A stretch of DNA of 64,000 nt. Source: Botryllus schlosseri. Lineage: Eukaryota. The stretch spans positions 18,414,001 to 18,478,000 of the forward strand of contig CM119371.1 in NCBI GenBank assembly GCA_051294905.1, written 5' to 3'. The position numbers and the translations under genes are program-made. The notes below the pieces were generated by a model. The model worked only from the letters and a program-made list of their open reading frames with translations, had not been told where the DNA came from and did no database searches. Positions 60,281 to 64,000 of this stretch are shown piece after piece; position 1 is the first letter of the stretch; every line of letters starts with the position of its first letter.

Positions 60281-61702
60281 CAAAACCCTTGGAAAACCGT
60301 TGAACAGGGCATGCAAGAGACTTTCAAAGCCCCGCTTATACCTCAGTAGTGACTGTATATTCTCAGAGACCATCTTTTCCCGTAGCTAGCGTATGGTGGA
60401 TCGAGTTGGAAACCTAAAAAATGCAAACTCATTCTCACAAAAATGCAAACTCATTCTCACAAACTCCGACTTCAGTCAGTATTCTTTCCACGACTACAAC
60501 TCCTGCCACTATGGTTTTCCCGACTTCGTTTCCAAGACATGCTAAAATAGTTTGAGAGTCCGACCCCATTAAGCGAAAAATTAGATAAACTCCGTCACTA
60601 CAGCCCTGGGTATAAGAACTCGTATATGTGGATTTGTGCCGTGTGAGAATTTATTCGCGATTTTCTTTCTGTAAAAATAATTTCGATTCTGACACTTTTC
60701 CGCTATATTAGATTTCTTCATACTAGACAGATATAGGAAATAGCGATCAGGTAGAAACTAATGTTAGTTGGACACATAAAGTAGAAGTTGATTTTTCCGT
60801 GTCCCGAAAAATGCAAACCTGTTTCAGATCTATACCGACGCCGCAATGTCGACGTATGAACTTGCAAAATAATCACTTGCAAGTACGGATTGATTTTGAA
60901 CTCAGTATCATAATTTCGTCATTTCAAGTCGCCACAACATTTTGTAACAATGAAAAATAATAGAGTGCTGAATATAAGAATATATCTATACTACACTAGG
61001 GCGCTGTACACAAGAGGCAATAAAATATAGAAGTAATCTATACAATGTGTATAAAAGACAGAGTGCATAGTTGTAGGGCAGAATGAACACTACTGTAGTT
61101 CGAACGTTCGTTCGCATGAAACGATTTTGATTTTGCGCTTGGAAACATATAGTGAGTCAGATAATATGATCGAAAGAAACTGGAAGATTGTTCCATAGGA
61201 TGGCAGCCGAGGAAGAAAAGGTTCTCTCGCCACAGGTCGATGCATTGGCTTTAGCGCCTGAGAACGTAACGCTGTTCTGGAAAGGTGTCGAAACGACTTG
61301 AAGTAGTATTTGATATCAGACGCTCACCTCGGCGTTTGTAAACGTGCTTTAGTACCCGCGAGCATGATTTAGGAGGGGACATCAGTGGCTGTTAGGTAGA
61401 AATGGTCAGTGACCAAGTACTGCTTTTTCATAGTAGGTTTTGTACATACTCGGGTGGTTATGATTTTCCGCTATACTTCTATTTGGCCGATTCAAGTTTT
61501 TACGAGTCGGGATAAGCCGGACGCATCACCATTACACTATCTCGCACGGTTTCGGGATGTCATGAAGTCAGCATCATGCAAACTACGAACCAAATAACTC
61601 ACTCGTGACTTGGCAAAAAGGAAATCGAAGTAGAAACACTCACAGTAACTGTGTCAAATTGATCAAAATGACACAAATGCCTAGGCACGCGTTATCTTAA
61701 GA

Positions 61703-62417
61703 CAGGGTTGTAACCAAGTCACAAGTCAATCTCACTTTTATATTTTTGACTCGAGTCAAGTCGAGTCATTTTCAATTCCCACCGAGTCCAAGTCAGCGAA
61801 CAGAGGATGGAGTCCGAGTCATGGTATTATGACCCGAGTCCAAGTCATTGTGTTGACTGCTCAGTTTCCAGTTAAAGTCTTCCTAAACCCACTTTTTGAA
61901 CTCTGTTTGGTGATATTGAATGGTTCGCATTATATTTTTGACTCGAGTCAAGTCGAGTCATTTTCAATTCCCACCGAGTCCAAGTCAGCGAACAGAGGAT
62001 GGAGTCCGAGTCATGGTATTATGACCCGAGTCCAAGTCATTGTGTTGACTGCTCAGTTTCCAGTTAAAGTCTTCCTAAACCCACTTTTTGAACTCTGTTT
62101 GGTGATATTGAATGGTTCGCATTTATAATATATCAATTTTCCTCACTTTTAGCCGTTTCTGGTCGCATTTTCAAGCACCATTACCAACAAACGAAATCCC
62201 AATAATGTGTTGGCTTCAAAATTACAATGAAATGTCGGTCTTGGCCGTCTGAATCTCGAGTCAATGACTTGCTTCGAGTCCAAGTCGAGTCAATACACAG
62301 ATTGACTCGAGTCGAGTCATTTCCGTCTTTTGAGAAAATGACTCGAGTCGAGTCATCCGAAAATCGTGACTCGAGTCTGACTCGAGTCGAGTCGTGACTC
62401 GAGTCATTACAACCCTG
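61703..62417 (+). mobile_element. GACTCGAGTC-rich hAT MITE with an internal 192-bp tandem duplication
   Basis: TIR CAGGGTTGTAA / TTACAACCCTG; perfect TSD TCTTAAGA at 61695-61702 and 62418-62425; absent from units 1 and 2. Confidence 0.92.
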
Positions 62418-62789
62418 TCTTAAGAGAATGAATAATTAAATAAATTGAATGCGTAGATCACTGCATGCACAGTTCATGGTTAGTTGGTGGAAATGAAACA
62501 GCCAAAAGATGACGAACGTCACGGCACCCTATGAAAGGGAAAGATTGCTCGCAGCATCCTAGCACTTGGAGTAGGCCTGTGCAAGACGTTTTAAAACCAT
62601 TATGGGCGTCTTGACGAGATTGAGATGTTCAGTAACGAATTATTTCTACTTTCCATAGTAATTCAAATATATTTTGCCTACTTGCACTACTTCCTAAAGT
62701 GGATGTGGTTTAAGACTAGCTACTTAACTGCTTCCATTTTTTACGGCTAAAATAGGTCTAGGATATGTACTTTTTTTTACTTAGTATAA

Positions 62790-62832
62790 GCAATGATATA
62801 TATACATATATATATACATACATATATATCAT
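62790..62832. repeat. (AT/ACAT)n microsatellite
   Basis: GATATATATACATATATATATACATACATATATATC. Confidence 0.8.
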
Positions 62833-64000
62833 TGGTATAGGTAGGGTTACCATATTTTGGAAATCTGAAAAGAGGACACTTTTTCAAAATTTTCAGACTT
62901 TCAATACCGGAGGAAAATTTTGAAAAAGTGGTAAATTTTTTGCACTTCGTGGTCGGTTGACTAAAAAAAGGTCAACTTTTCTGGCCCAAATCCCAGAATA
63001 CAGTTCTTTCTTTCACATGATCAGTTGGTTAAATAAAAAAAGGGGTCAACTTTCCGGCTCAGCTGCCGAAATAGCCTCCGAGGACACTTTAAAAAAAAGA
63101 GAACAAATCCTCATAAATAGGATGTATGATATGATAACCCCAAGTATAGGCCTACTTGTAAATCGCTATTGTACTTCTACTTGAGTAAAAATTGAGAACG
63201 TTACTTCTTCTTGAGTACCGATGATGACTTCTTTGATCACCTCTGATCATGACGAGCTTTCATGGGAAGGAAATTTACGATTGCGGTACTCAGAGTACAC
63301 GTTTCTAGTTCACGTCACTGCACGGAGCTACGGGACGTTAGATGGCGTACACGCAATACGGATGAGTTGGGGGAATTCCCTACAAAAACACAGACACAAA
63401 AGCACAGGCATTTCTTGTCTCAACTCGATGTGCTATTCACCCATTCGGCTCAAGGTGTTTGTACGTATTGTAGATCACTTATCTGTTTTTTAGTCAATCC
63501 CATGTTGATTTCAGGCGAGGAATTGAAATGCATAGCCCTAATTCATAGCGTGAACCGCGATCGATTTGTATCAGAGTGTTCAGAATCGCAGCATCCGATG
63601 GCTGGTGAATTTCTGTTGATTTATCATCAATCATCATCATACTATTAAATCACTACACAACTAGATTTCAATATCATGAGAAGATTTGAGGGTGCCGGGA
63701 CATCTTGGAATAGTCTTTTAATCGGACACCCACCTTGGCCTACACCTGCACCATGTAAGTAAGAGGCATAAACAGTGGAGTTGAAGAAAAAATAACATAG
63801 GATGATAAAAGCAAGTGACGAAAATTAATGCTGCATGTGTCGGTAGGCGAGAGAGATATGTCAGATTGTGGTTGGGTAATCTTGGTCATTTTTATTTCTG
63901 AAATCAAATACTTAATTGACTGTTGATGTGCGATTTCTTATGGTATTGTAAAATGATAGCAACTGATTATGATTTGTCACGATTGCCAGTTGCAGAACTT

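Larger units (their letters stand above)
46182..64000 (+). repeat. Tandem segmental array: unit 1 46182-54154, unit 2 54155-60428, unit 3 60429 to the window end
   Basis: Collinear markers recur (TCATT(C/T)TCACAAACTCC at 46182/54155/60429; CACATAAAGTA...GATTTTTCCGTGTCC at about 48450/54470/60775; RT ORFs 6275 bp apart); units differ by private MITE/SINE insertions. Confidence 0.9.

Overview
Eukaryotic (probably marine-invertebrate; host not identifiable from sequence alone) genomic DNA, about 40% GC, dominated by transposable elements. No intact multi-exon host gene can be supported. The main elements are as follows. (1) An apparently intact ~6.2-kb site-specific non-LTR retrotransposon of the RLE/NeSL type (1500-aa ORF: 5 Zn-finger motifs, RT, CCHC, PD-(D/E)xK endonuclease). 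Its 5' end carries U2 snRNA nt 8-32, so it is Utopia-like, but it sits inside a MITE rather than in a U2 gene. (2) A chain of at least 4 TIR elements stacked at one 7-bp target, with GTACAAT repeated between neighbours; the chain includes a Galileo-like foldback element and lies next to a P/THAP9-like remnant. (3) An internally deleted Academ transposon (transposase, XPG nuclease, Cys-rich tail). (4) A ~6.3-kb tandem segmental array (3 units) carrying catalytically dead R2-clade RT fragments. (5) Nested hAT elements and MITEs with clear 8-bp TSDs, a Penelope GIY-YIG fragment, SINE/LINE tails and 15-bp minisatellite arrays. Host-gene material consists of a 10-finger C2H2 zinc-finger exon and decayed exons 7, 9 and probably 10 of a PKA catalytic-subunit gene. 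All family calls come from motif recognition, not database searches.
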